Source: Chloroflexota bacterium
GTDB lineage: Bacteria > Chloroflexota > Limnocylindria > Limnocylindrales > CSP1-4
DNA: 64,000 bases
Assembly (NCBI GenBank): GCA_017881905.1
Contig: JADGQI010000172.1
Location: 6,841-70,840 of the forward strand
Direction: 5' to 3'
Part shown: in pieces, positions 10,782 to 19,191 of the stretch
How the letters are laid out: the number at the start of each line of letters is the position of its first letter
Position numbering within the stretch: the first letter of the stretch is position 1
Notes under the pieces: model-generated
The model's input: only the letters and a program-made list of their open reading frames with translations
Told to the model about the DNA's origin: nothing
The model's database searches: none
Translations under genes and position numbers: made by a program

Positions 10782-11576
10782 ATGTCGGTCACGCGAACGC
10801 CGATGAAGCCGCCGGGGACCGCGGCACTCGGATTCGGAGCGACCTCGCGGCGGGACAGCTGGATCCGGTTCCCGAGCCTGGTCGGGATCGGGCTCGCCGC
10901 GTTCGTCGTCTACTCGCTCTTCTCGGCGTTCCTGTGGGGTCCGCTGTTCGGGGTCGGCTACGAGGCCGACGGCTATCTCTCGCCGTTCTTCTCGCCGCTC
11001 CTCGGGGTCGGCATCCTGCCGGCCTGGCTGTCTCCAGCGATCCTCATCCTGTGGATCCCGCTCGGGTTCCGGACGACCTGCTACGCGTTCCGGCGGGCGT
11101 ACTACCGGTCGTACTTCGCCGACCCGCCCGCCTGTGCCGTGGGTGAGCCGCGAGCCCACCGGCGCTACGCGATGGAGGCACGCTTCCCGTTCATCCTCCA
11201 GAACAGCCACCGGATCTTCCTGTACCTGCAGTTCATCCCGCTGACGTTCCTGTGGATCGATGCGATCCTGGCGCTCCACCCCGGGTCGACCTGGCGGCTG
11301 GGCCTGGGCAACGTGATCCTGTTCACGGACCTCATCCTGCTGACCGGCTTCTCGCTGTCATGCAACTCGCTCCGCCACTTCGCCGGCGGGAACCTCGACT
11401 GTTTCTCGTGCACCGCCCGGACGAGGGCGCGCCACAGCGTGTGGAAGCGGGTGACCGACCTCAACGGCCACCACATCGGTCTCGCCGCCTGGAGCCTGCT
11501 CGGGGTGGCAACGGCCGACCTGTACATCCGACTGCTTGCGGCGGGGGTGTTCATCGACCCGTCGATCCGGTTGTGA
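10782..11576 (+). CDS. Membrane anchor of Sdh1-type succinate dehydrogenase/fumarate reductase (Rv0249c-like)
   Basis: YLSPFFSP, FRTTCY..RRAYYRS..ADPPACAV and FPFILQN.HR motifs, several TM helices, directly upstream of the flavoprotein gene. Confidence 0.85.
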   Translation: MSVTRTPMKPPGTAALGFGATSRRDSWIRFPSLVGIGLAAFVVYSLFSAFLWGPLFGVGYEADGYLSPFFSPLLGVGILPAWLSPAILILWIPLGFRTTCYAFRRAYYRSYFADPPACAVGEPRAHRRYAMEARFPFILQNSHRIFLYLQFIPLTFLWIDAILALHPGSTWRLGLGNVILFTDLILLTGFSLSCNSLRHFAGGNLDCFSCTARTRARHSVWKRVTDLNGHHIGLAAWSLLGVATADLYIRLLAAGVFIDPSIRL

Positions 11577-11589
11577 TCGGCGGTCAGCG

Positions 11590-13398
11590 GTGACCGGCGT
11601 CCCGGACCGGCACCCCCACGACGTCCTGGTGATCGGCGCGGGCGGTGCCGGGTTGCGCGCCGCGATCGCCGCCGCCGAGGCCGGAGCGGACGTCGGTCTC
11701 GTCTGCAAGTCGCTCCTCGGCAAGGCGCACACGGTGATGGCCGAGGGCGGCGTGGCGGCCTCCCTGCGCAACGCCGACGACCGGGATTCATGGCAGACCC
11801 ACTTCCGGGACACGATGGTCGGCGGCAAGCTGCTGAACAACCCGCGGATGGCCCAGCTGCACGCCCAGGAGGCACCCGACCGGGTGAACGAGCTCGAGGC
11901 GTGGGGCGCGGTGTTCGACCGGACCCGCGACGGCCGGATCCTCCAGCGGCCGTTCGGCGGGCACTCCTTTCCGCGCCTGGCCCACGTCGGCGACCGGACC
12001 GGCCTGGAGATGATCCGGACGCTCCAGGACCGGGCGGTCGCCGCCGGGATCAAGGTCTACATGGAGTGCACGGTCACTCACCTGTTGACCTGGACGGATC
12101 GCGTCCGCGGGGCCTTCGGCTACTGGCGGACGTCGGGCGAACCGGTCGTCTTCGCGGCGAAGGCGATCGTCCTGGCGACCGGCGGGATCGGGCGGGCGTT
12201 CGAGGTGACCTCGAACTCGTGGGAGCTGTCCGGCGACGGACAGGCCCTGGCCTACCTCGCGGGCGCCGAGCTGATCGACATGGAATTCGTCCAGTTCCAC
12301 CCGACCGGGATGGTCTGGCCACCGGGCGTCCGCGGCCTGCTCGTGACCGAAGCGGTCCGCGGCGAGGGCGGGATCCTGCGCAACCGGGACGGCGAACGGT
12401 TCATGTGGCGGTACCTCCCGGAGGACCGGCGCAACGAATACGCCGCGACCGACGAGGAGGCGTCGCGCTGGGTGGAGGCCCTCAGCGCGGGCCGCCAGAC
12501 GGACGCCCGACGGCCGCCCGAGCTGTCGACCCGGGACAACGTCGCCCGGGCGATCTACACCGAGGTCAAGGAGGGACGCGGGTCGCCCCACGGCGGCGTG
12601 TTCCTCGACATCAGCTACCTCCCGGCCGAGACCGTCCGACGCAAGCTGCCGTCGATGTACGACCAGTTCAAGGACCTGGCCGACGTGGACATCACCGCCG
12701 GTCCGATGGAGGTCGGGCCGACGACCCACTACATGATGGGCGGCATCCGGGTCGACCCGGAGACCGGCGCGACGACCCGGGCGGGTCTGTTCGCCGCCGG
12801 TGAGGTCGCCGGGGGGATGCACGGCGCGAACCGGCTGGGCGGCAACTCGCTATCCGACCTGCTCGTCTTCGGCCGACGGACCGGGGAAGCGGCGGCGGCC
12901 GAGGCGGCCGGGCAGGACGAGGTCCCGCAGGTCGATCCGGTCCAGATCCGCGCGGCGATGGACGATCTGGCCGCGCCGTTCGGGTCGGATCCGGGCGACG
13001 ACCCGCATCGCCTCCATGAAGAGCTCCAGGCGACGATGCAGTCGCTCGTCGGGATCTTCCGGACCGAAGCGGATCTCCACGAGGCGATCGGACGGCTGGC
13101 CGGCCTGCACGCTCGCTGGCCGTCGGTCCGGGTCTCCGGAGGCCGGACCTACAATCCCGGCTGGGGCCTCGTCTTCGAGCTTCGGAACATGCTCATCGTC
13201 GCCGAAGCGGTCGCCCGGAGCGCCCGCCAGCGGACCGAGAGTCGTGGCGCCCACAGCCGGATCGACTACCCCGACATCTCGCCGGCCTGGGGGCGGAAGA
13301 ACAGCGTCGTCCGTCGGGAGGGCGAGAAGATGAAGGTCACCTCGTCGCCACTGCCGTCCATGCCGGACGATCTCCGTCAACTCATCACGTCGGAGTGA
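11590..13398 (+). CDS. sdhA: Succinate dehydrogenase/fumarate reductase flavoprotein
   Basis: GAGGAG, KAHTVMAEGG (covalent FAD His), QFHPTG, TEAVRGEGG, HYMMGG, HGANRLGGNSL and ESRGAH motifs. Confidence 0.96.
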   Translation: MTGVPDRHPHDVLVIGAGGAGLRAAIAAAEAGADVGLVCKSLLGKAHTVMAEGGVAASLRNADDRDSWQTHFRDTMVGGKLLNNPRMAQLHAQEAPDRVNELEAWGAVFDRTRDGRILQRPFGGHSFPRLAHVGDRTGLEMIRTLQDRAVAAGIKVYMECTVTHLLTWTDRVRGAFGYWRTSGEPVVFAAKAIVLATGGIGRAFEVTSNSWELSGDGQALAYLAGAELIDMEFVQFHPTGMVWPPGVRGLLVTEAVRGEGGILRNRDGERFMWRYLPEDRRNEYAATDEEASRWVEALSAGRQTDARRPPELSTRDNVARAIYTEVKEGRGSPHGGVFLDISYLPAETVRRKLPSMYDQFKDLADVDITAGPMEVGPTTHYMMGGIRVDPETGATTRAGLFAAGEVAGGMHGANRLGGNSLSDLLVFGRRTGEAAAAEAAGQDEVPQVDPVQIRAAMDDLAAPFGSDPGDDPHRLHEELQATMQSLVGIFRTEADLHEAIGRLAGLHARWPSVRVSGGRTYNPGWGLVFELRNMLIVAEAVARSARQRTESRGAHSRIDYPDISPAWGRKNSVVRREGEKMKVTSSPLPSMPDDLRQLITSE

Positions 13399-13402
13399 TC
13401 GG

Positions 13403-14242
13403 ATGCCACTGGTCCACCTGAACGTCTTCCGCGGCACGCCCCAGACCGAGGGCGGATATGTCGGCTATGACGTTCCCGTCGAGGAGGGCATGGTCGTCCT
13501 CGACGCACTCCACTGGATCCAGGCCAACGAGGCGCCGGACCTCGCGGTCCGCTGGAACTGCAAGGCGGCCAAGTGCGGGTCCTGCGGCTGCGAGATCAAC
13601 GGCAAGCCGAGCCTCGCGTGCAAGACGCGCATGTCGGACTTCGGTCCCGACGAGGCGATCACGGTCGAGCCGCTCCGGACGTTCCCGCTCGTCCGCGACC
13701 TGGTCACGGACGTGTCCTGGAACTACGAGGTCAACAAGCGGATCACGCCGTTCACGCCGCCGACCGACGGCGACCAGGCCGACTGGCGCTGGCAGCAGGA
13801 GGACATCGAGCGCGTCCAGGAGTTCCGCAAGTGCATCGAGTGCTTCCTGTGCCAGGACGTCTGCCACGTCCTGCGGAACCATGAGACGGATCGGCCGTTC
13901 GTGGGTCCGCGCTTCCTCGTCCGGACCGCAGGTCTCGAGATGCATCCGATCGACCAGGCCGACCGGACGGCCGATCTCAAGGACGGCGGGGTCGGCTACT
14001 GCAACATCACGAAATGCTGCACCGAGGTCTGTCCCGAGCACATCCGGATCACCGATAACGCGATCATCCCGCTCAAAGAGCGGGTCGCGGACCGCTACTA
14101 CGACCCGATCCAGATCGCCTGGCGGAAGATCCGCGGCGGCCGTTCGGGGACGGGCGGGGGATCCCGCGCGGGCGAGAGCCTGCCGGTCCTGCCAGGGGGC
14201 TCCTCGACGGGTTCGCCGCCTTCGGACGGAGCCGGCAGCTGA
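13403..14242 (+). CDS. sdhB: Succinate dehydrogenase/fumarate reductase Fe-S subunit
   Basis: CKAAKCGSC, CIECFLCQDVC and CNITKCCTEVCP cysteine motifs. Confidence 0.95.
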   Translation: MPLVHLNVFRGTPQTEGGYVGYDVPVEEGMVVLDALHWIQANEAPDLAVRWNCKAAKCGSCGCEINGKPSLACKTRMSDFGPDEAITVEPLRTFPLVRDLVTDVSWNYEVNKRITPFTPPTDGDQADWRWQQEDIERVQEFRKCIECFLCQDVCHVLRNHETDRPFVGPRFLVRTAGLEMHPIDQADRTADLKDGGVGYCNITKCCTEVCPEHIRITDNAIIPLKERVADRYYDPIQIAWRKIRGGRSGTGGGSRAGESLPVLPGGSSTGSPPSDGAGS

Positions 14243-14847
14243 GCCGAGACGAGCGCGAGCCGGACCCGACCTTCTGGCCGCCACCCCAGGAGGTCGTCGC
14301 CGACGAGGCCGGCTGGGATCCAAAGCCGACGCGGACGCGTGCCGGGAGCGCCGGGCAGGAGGCGGGGCAGGCGAGCGCCGGGCTGCGGCTGATCGTCCGG
14401 ACCGACGGCGCCGCACGATCGAATCCGGGTCCGGCCTCAGCCGGGGCGGTCCTCATCGACGCCGCGCAGCACGGAGCGCGTGAGCCGTTGGCCCGCCCGC
14501 TGGCCACGATCTCGGACTACCTCGGGATCCAGACGAATAACGTCGCCGAGTACACCGCGGTCGTCCGGGCGCTGGGCCTGGCCGCCGAGCTGGGCGCCGT
14601 CGAGGTCAATCTGATGCTCGATTCGAAGCTCATCGTCGAGCAGGTGCACGGGCGCTGGCGGGTCAAGGACGCCAAGCTGCAGCCGCTCCATGCCGAGGTC
14701 CGTCGACTCCTCGGCGGCTTCCGAGGATGGACCGCCGTCCACGTGCGCCGCGCCCAGAACGGCGCCGCCGACGCCCTGTGCAACGAGGCGATCGATCGCG
14801 CCCTGGCCGGCGGCCCGGCCTCGGTCGTCCATCGTCCTGGGGCGTGA
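14239..14847 (+). CDS. rnhA: Ribonuclease HI family protein (start uncertain, possibly CTG)
   Basis: LIVRTDGAARSNPGPASAG, TNNVAEY, LDSKLIVEQ and RAQNGAADALCN supply the D-E-D-D catalytic residues. The first motif lies upstream of the track's TTG start. Confidence 0.88.
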   Translation: MSRDEREPDPTFWPPPQEVVADEAGWDPKPTRTRAGSAGQEAGQASAGLRLIVRTDGAARSNPGPASAGAVLIDAAQHGAREPLARPLATISDYLGIQTNNVAEYTAVVRALGLAAELGAVEVNLMLDSKLIVEQVHGRWRVKDAKLQPLHAEVRRLLGGFRGWTAVHVRRAQNGAADALCNEAIDRALAGGPASVVHRPGA

Positions 14848-14916
14848 CCGGCGACGTCGCAAGGCCCGGAAGCGCGATCGGGCAAGAGCGCGTACGCCGG
14901 GCGCTATCATCGTCGG

Positions 14917-15278
14917 GTCAGCGAGGCGGCCGGACGGTCGCGCGCCGGGCCGGCCCGTCCGACCCGGCTCGAGGAAAGTCCGAGCTCCGCAGCGCAGGGT
15001 AGCGGGTAACGCCCGTCCGCCGTGAGGCGAGGACCAGTGCCACAGAGACGAGTCCGGCGGCTTCGGCCGGCGGGGTGAAACGCGGCAAACTCTACTCGGA
15101 GCAAGGCCAAATAGGAGGGCGCAACCCGGCGTCGCCGCAAGGCGACGGTGGGGGAGAGGTGCGCTGCCCAGCCCTCGGGTCGGCCGCATGAACCGCCGGG
15201 CGACCGGCGGTCGAGATGGATGACCGTCCTCGCGAGCGATCGCGGGACAGAACTCGGCTTACAGGCCGCCTCGCTGAC
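14917..15278 (+). ncRNA. rnpB: RNase P RNA
   Basis: GAGGAAAGTCC, AGTGCCACAG, GGTGAAAC, GAGCAAG and ACAGAACTCGGCTTAC conserved blocks. Terminal helix GTCAGCGAGGCGGCC/GGCCGCCTCGCTGAC. TATCAT -10 at 14905-14910. Confidence 0.97.
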
Positions 15279-15317
15279 GTTCCCCGCGCCGACCCGCGAT
15301 CCCCGACCAGGTGCGGG

Positions 15318-15560
15318 TCAGTCCTCGTCCGGTCGGAAGATGTGCGCGGCCGTGCAGGCGTTGCAGATCGGCGTCGCCGAGTCGAGGTCGCCCAGCGGCA
15401 GCGGCAGCTGGCGCTCGGGGAAGAGACACTCCACCTCGTACATCCGCTCACGGGCGGCGTCGATGGCGATCAGCCGACGGTACGTGCAGCGCTTGATCCG
15501 CGCCTCGGCGAGGTGGTAGGAGTCGCGCTCGGGCGATGCGATCGGCAGCTGGATGGCCAT
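15318..15560 (-). CDS. Small Cys-containing hypothetical protein (80 aa)
   Basis: MAIQLPIASPERD...CTYRR...EVECLF...PICNAC...FRPDED, with a TAGGCT -10-like box and GAGGA upstream. Confidence 0.72.
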   Translation of the reverse strand: MAIQLPIASPERDSYHLAEARIKRCTYRRLIAIDAARERMYEVECLFPERQLPLPLGDLDSATPICNACTAAHIFRPDED

Positions 15561-15712
15561 CGAGCTGAGGGGTCCTCGAACGTGCAGGCGGTCGGGTCGA
15601 CCGTCGGTGGCGGAGCCTAGCACCCCGTCGCAAGCCCCGGCAACGGGCGAAAGGTACTAGACTCCCGCCGTCGTCGGGACCCGACGTCGAGCGCCGAGGC
15701 GCCAGGAGGACC

Positions 15713-16765
15713 GTGGCCGACCCGATCGAGGACGCCGCCCGACCCGTCGTCGAACCGTCGACGAGCCAGGTCCGGTGCCCCCTGCTGGTCATCCCCCGGT
15801 CGACACCGGGTGGGTCCGATCGGACGTCCGAACCAGATCCTCGGCTGGCCGATCCGGGAGCGGCGCCCGACCCGCCCGCTGCCGCGCCCGGAGTCGCGGT
15901 CGACCCCGTGATCCCGAGCACGGCCAACCGGTGCGCGGCTTCGGTGCCGCCGGCGGTCGTCTCGCTCGGCCAGCAGCGCCTCGTCTGCTTCGACCAGGGT
16001 CACCTCGACTGCCCCCGATTCGTCCGGGCGATGGGGTCGCCGCGGGGCGCCAGCGGCCGCTCCGGCCGCCCGCTCGCCACGGTCCCCGTGGCCGTCGCCA
16101 CGGTCCAAGCGGTCGCCGCGACCCCGGCCGGCCCCAAGATCGAGGAGCCCGGGTCGACCGCGGTCGGTCCGGCGAACGACTCGAACGCTGCGCCGATCAT
16201 CCCGGTCGCGCCGGTCGTCCGGAGCACGCGTCGGAGCGGTGCGAGGCGAGCCGGGTCGAGGCCTCGGCCGATCGTCGTGGCCAGCGGGATCCTGGTGGCA
16301 GCTCTGATCGTCGCCTTCGCGTTCACCTCGTTACGCGGCGGGCTCGCGCTGCCGTCGGTCGGAGCGAGCGCTGGAGCGGAGGTGGTTCAGAGCCCGCCCG
16401 GGTCCACTGCGGCGGTGAGCCCGGCCGCGAGCCCGGTCGTCAGTCCGTCGATCGAGGCGTCCTTCGGACCGAGCCCGACGCCGAGCCCGTCGCCAAGCCC
16501 GTCGCCGAGCCCGTCGCCGAGCCCGTCACCGTCACCGAGCGCGACCCCGGCGGCCTCGCTCCCGGCGGCGTACGTCGGCCTCAAGCCCTGTCCCGATGCG
16601 CCGGACTGCTACCTGTACCGGATCCATCCGGGTGACAACCTGACCGCGATCGCCAAGCGGTTCGGGATCACCGTGACGGCGCTCAAGGCCGCGAACCCGG
16701 AGATCAAGGACCCGAGCCTGCTCCACGTCGGCGACAAGATCAGGGTCCCGCTGCCCCCGTCCTGA
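15713..16765 (+). CDS. Membrane-anchored LysM domain protein
   Basis: AGGAGG RBS, Cys/His-rich N-terminal region, one TM helix, Pro/Ser linker, C-terminal LysM (YRIHPGDNLTAIAKRFGITVTALKAANP). Confidence 0.9.
   Translation: MADPIEDAARPVVEPSTSQVRCPLLVIPRSTPGGSDRTSEPDPRLADPGAAPDPPAAAPGVAVDPVIPSTANRCAASVPPAVVSLGQQRLVCFDQGHLDCPRFVRAMGSPRGASGRSGRPLATVPVAVATVQAVAATPAGPKIEEPGSTAVGPANDSNAAPIIPVAPVVRSTRRSGARRAGSRPRPIVVASGILVAALIVAFAFTSLRGGLALPSVGASAGAEVVQSPPGSTAAVSPAASPVVSPSIEASFGPSPTPSPSPSPSPSPSPSPSPSPSATPAASLPAAYVGLKPCPDAPDCYLYRIHPGDNLTAIAKRFGITVTALKAANPEIKDPSLLHVGDKIRVPLPPS
16468..16540 (+). repeat. Coding tandem repeat (CCGAGCCCGTCG-like 6/12-bp units) encoding a (Pro-Ser)n linker
   Basis: Directly visible imperfect tandem repeat. 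Confidence 0.85.
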
Positions 16766-16879
16766 CGCCCCCCGCGGCCCGTGGGACGGTGTCGCCAGCC
16801 GGCGGATCGGCGCCGGCCCATCGGGAACCGATCCGTCCCGCCTCGAGCCCTCACCCCTGTTCCCGCCGCGTTTCCGGCA

Positions 16880-16939
16880 TTGACGGGACCGCTTCGTCAT
16901 GTAGAATGCGCCGAAGTGGCACGAAGTGGTGTCAAGTGG
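16880..16939 (+). promoter_or_regulatory. dcw promoter with MraZ operator repeats
   Basis: TTGACG-N16-TAGAAT (16880-16907) followed by AAGTGG at 16914, 16924 and 16934 (10-bp period), matching known GTGG-type MraZ boxes. Confidence 0.85.
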
Positions 16940-17072
16940 GGAGCAGTACCATCACCCACGACCCCTTCGATCCCGGCCACATCGCCGCCCCAGACCCACG
17001 CGACGCAGCCGCCCGCTCACCAGCCGCCCAGACCGACGGGGCGAACCGACAGCGCTAGGGGTAGTCCGACAG

Positions 17073-17501
17073 GTGTTCACCGGCGAGTACCGGCACTCGG
17101 TGGACGACAAGGGACGGATCTCCGTCCCCGCGAAGTTCCGCCTGCAGCTTGACGGCGGGGCCTATCTGGCCCGCTGGGTCGACGCCTGCCTGGCGATCTT
17201 CCCCAAGGCGGAGTTCGAGGAGCTGGCCGGCAAGGTCGGCGGTCTGGGCATCGCCGACGCATCCGCCCGGACGTTCAGCCGGGCGTTGTTCGCCAGCGCC
17301 TACGAGGTCGAGCTCGATCGCCAGGGTCGGGTCGTCGTTCCGGCGTCGCTGCGCGACCTCCTCGGGCTGGCCGGCGACGCCGTGATCGTCGGGGCCCGCG
17401 ACCACGCCGAGATCTGGGCGCCGGCCGCCTGGGACGACTACCGCAAGGCGATGGCGGCACCTGATGCCCTCGCCGCTCACCTGACCGGTCTTGGGATCTG
17501 A
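17073..17501 (+). CDS. mraZ: Division/cell wall cluster transcriptional repressor
   Basis: FTGEYRHSVDDKGRISVPAKFR and ELDRQGRVVVP motifs. Confidence 0.96.
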   Translation: MFTGEYRHSVDDKGRISVPAKFRLQLDGGAYLARWVDACLAIFPKAEFEELAGKVGGLGIADASARTFSRALFASAYEVELDRQGRVVVPASLRDLLGLAGDAVIVGARDHAEIWAPAAWDDYRKAMAAPDALAAHLTGLGI

Positions 17502-17590
17502 GGCCGGATCGGACAACCCCGGGCCGTGACCGGCCCCACCACATGCGCTTCCAGGGTCCGTTCGGGATCCGCAATCGAACGGGAGACGAG

Positions 17591-18532
17591 ATGAAGGAAG
17601 GGCACCTTCCGGTGCTGGCAGAGGAGGTCTTGACGCTACTCGCGCCAGCTTCCGGCAGCCTTCAGATCGACACCACGCTCGGCGGCGGTGGGCACACCGA
17701 ACGGATCCTGGGAGCGACAGATCCTGATGGCCGCCTCCTCGGTCTCGACGCCGATGGGGCGGCCATCGCCAGGGTCCGGGACCGCCTCGCCGCCCGGTTC
17801 GGCGATCGGCTGGTCCTGCGCCAGGCGAACTTCCGCGAGCTGGCCAGCGTCGCCCCCGCAGCGGGCTTCCCGGCCGTCGACGGCATGCTCTTCGATCTCG
17901 GCCTGTCGAGCTTCCAGCTGGCGGACACCGGGCGCGGGTTCGGCATCCGGGCGGGCGGGCCGCTCGACATGCGCTTCGATCCGAACGTCGGCGTCCCGGC
18001 CTCCGAGCTGTTGGCGACCCTCGACGCCCGGGAGCTCGCCGCCCTGTTCCGCCGCTACGGCGAGGAACCACAAGCCGGGCGGATCGCGCGAGCCATCGTC
18101 GAGGCCAGGCGGACCGCGCCGGTCGAGACATCGGAGGACCTCGCGGAGCTCGTCGAGCGCATCGCGTCCGGCGCTCCCGGTCGGCGCCGGATCCACCCCG
18201 CGACGAGGGTGTTCCAGGCGCTCCGGATCGCCGTCAACGCCGAGCTCGACGCCCTGGCGATCGGCCTCGCGTCGGCGGTCGACCTCCTCCGTCCCGGCGG
18301 ACGCCTCGTCGTCCTGAGCTACCACTCGCTCGAGGACCGCATCGTCAAGCGGTTCCTCGACGCCGAACGGAAGGGCTGCATCTGCCCACCGTCGGTGCCC
18401 GTCTGCGTCTGCGGGCGGACGCCCAGATTGCGCCTGCTGACCAGGTCACTGACCGCCGGCCCGGCCGAGCTGGCCGCCAACCCACGTGCTCGCAGCGCCC
18501 GCCTGCGCGCCGCCGAACGGATCGCCGCGTAG
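17591..18532 (+). CDS. rsmH: 16S rRNA m4C1402 methyltransferase
   Basis: HLPVL, DTTLGGGGH, DLGLSSFQL, PLDMR, HPATRVFQALRIAVN, SYHSLEDR and NPRARSA motifs. Confidence 0.97.
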   Translation: MKEGHLPVLAEEVLTLLAPASGSLQIDTTLGGGGHTERILGATDPDGRLLGLDADGAAIARVRDRLAARFGDRLVLRQANFRELASVAPAAGFPAVDGMLFDLGLSSFQLADTGRGFGIRAGGPLDMRFDPNVGVPASELLATLDARELAALFRRYGEEPQAGRIARAIVEARRTAPVETSEDLAELVERIASGAPGRRRIHPATRVFQALRIAVNAELDALAIGLASAVDLLRPGGRLVVLSYHSLEDRIVKRFLDAERKGCICPPSVPVCVCGRTPRLRLLTRSLTAGPAELAANPRARSARLRAAERIAA

Positions 18533-18608
18533 CGCCCGAGGCGCCGACCGGGTCGACCGAACCCGGACCCGCACCCGACGACCCATCTCACGGAAGGAGG
18601 AGAGACCT

Positions 18609-18806
18609 TTGAGCAAGCGCCACCAGTCCAGCCGCCGCCGCGCCTACGGTCGGCGCCAGCACGAGCTGCGCGAGCGGACGGAGCGCATCCAGCCGACCGA
18701 TGAGACCGAGTACGGCACGCAGACCGCGGAGGTCGATAGCGACGGCTTCTCCTTCATGGATCTCGACCTGTCGGGACGCCGCCTCAGCTTCGCGGTCGGC
18801 GACTAG
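18609..18806 (+). CDS. Small hypothetical protein (65 aa) inside the dcw cluster
   Basis: Strong GGAAGGAGGAG RBS, TTG start, and TAG stop overlapping the ftsL GTG. Confidence 0.72.
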   Translation: MSKRHQSSRRRAYGRRQHELRERTERIQPTDETEYGTQTAEVDSDGFSFMDLDLSGRRLSFAVGD

Positions 18807-19180
18807 TGGCCGTCTACCAGGGCGCACGGGCTCGCCAGACGTTCCTTCCCCCGCGCACCGTCGACACGCCGACGCTCGAGCGTCGGCGAGCCCGCTCCGC
18901 CGTCCGCGCCCGCCGTCGTCCGGGTCGGGTCGGCATCCTCCTCGGGGGCATCGCCCTGGCATTCCTGCTCGCCTTCTTCTCTCTCGTGCAAAGCGTCCGG
19001 GTGTCGGCGACCGGGTACGAGATCGACCGCCTGACGAACCAGCGGACGACGCTCGAGGCCCAGCGTGACGAGCTGGTCGCCGACCTCAACCGACTCGGCC
19101 GCGGCCCCGCGATCCGCAAGCAGGCCATCGACCTCGGACTCGACCAGCTGGCCGAGCCCCTCGTCGTGCCCGCCCGATAG
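18806..19180 (+). CDS. ftsL: FtsL-like cell division protein
   Basis: Basic N-terminus, one TM helix, heptad coiled coil, I...A..LGL end; located directly before ftsI. Confidence 0.78.
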   Translation: MAVYQGARARQTFLPPRTVDTPTLERRRARSAVRARRRPGRVGILLGGIALAFLLAFFSLVQSVRVSATGYEIDRLTNQRTTLEAQRDELVADLNRLGRGPAIRKQAIDLGLDQLAEPLVVPAR

Positions 19181-19191
19181 CCGATCGACCG

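Noticed and set aside
16468..16540. Short tandem repeats as a CRISPR array
   Set aside because: In-frame Pro-Ser linker with no spacers and no cas genes.
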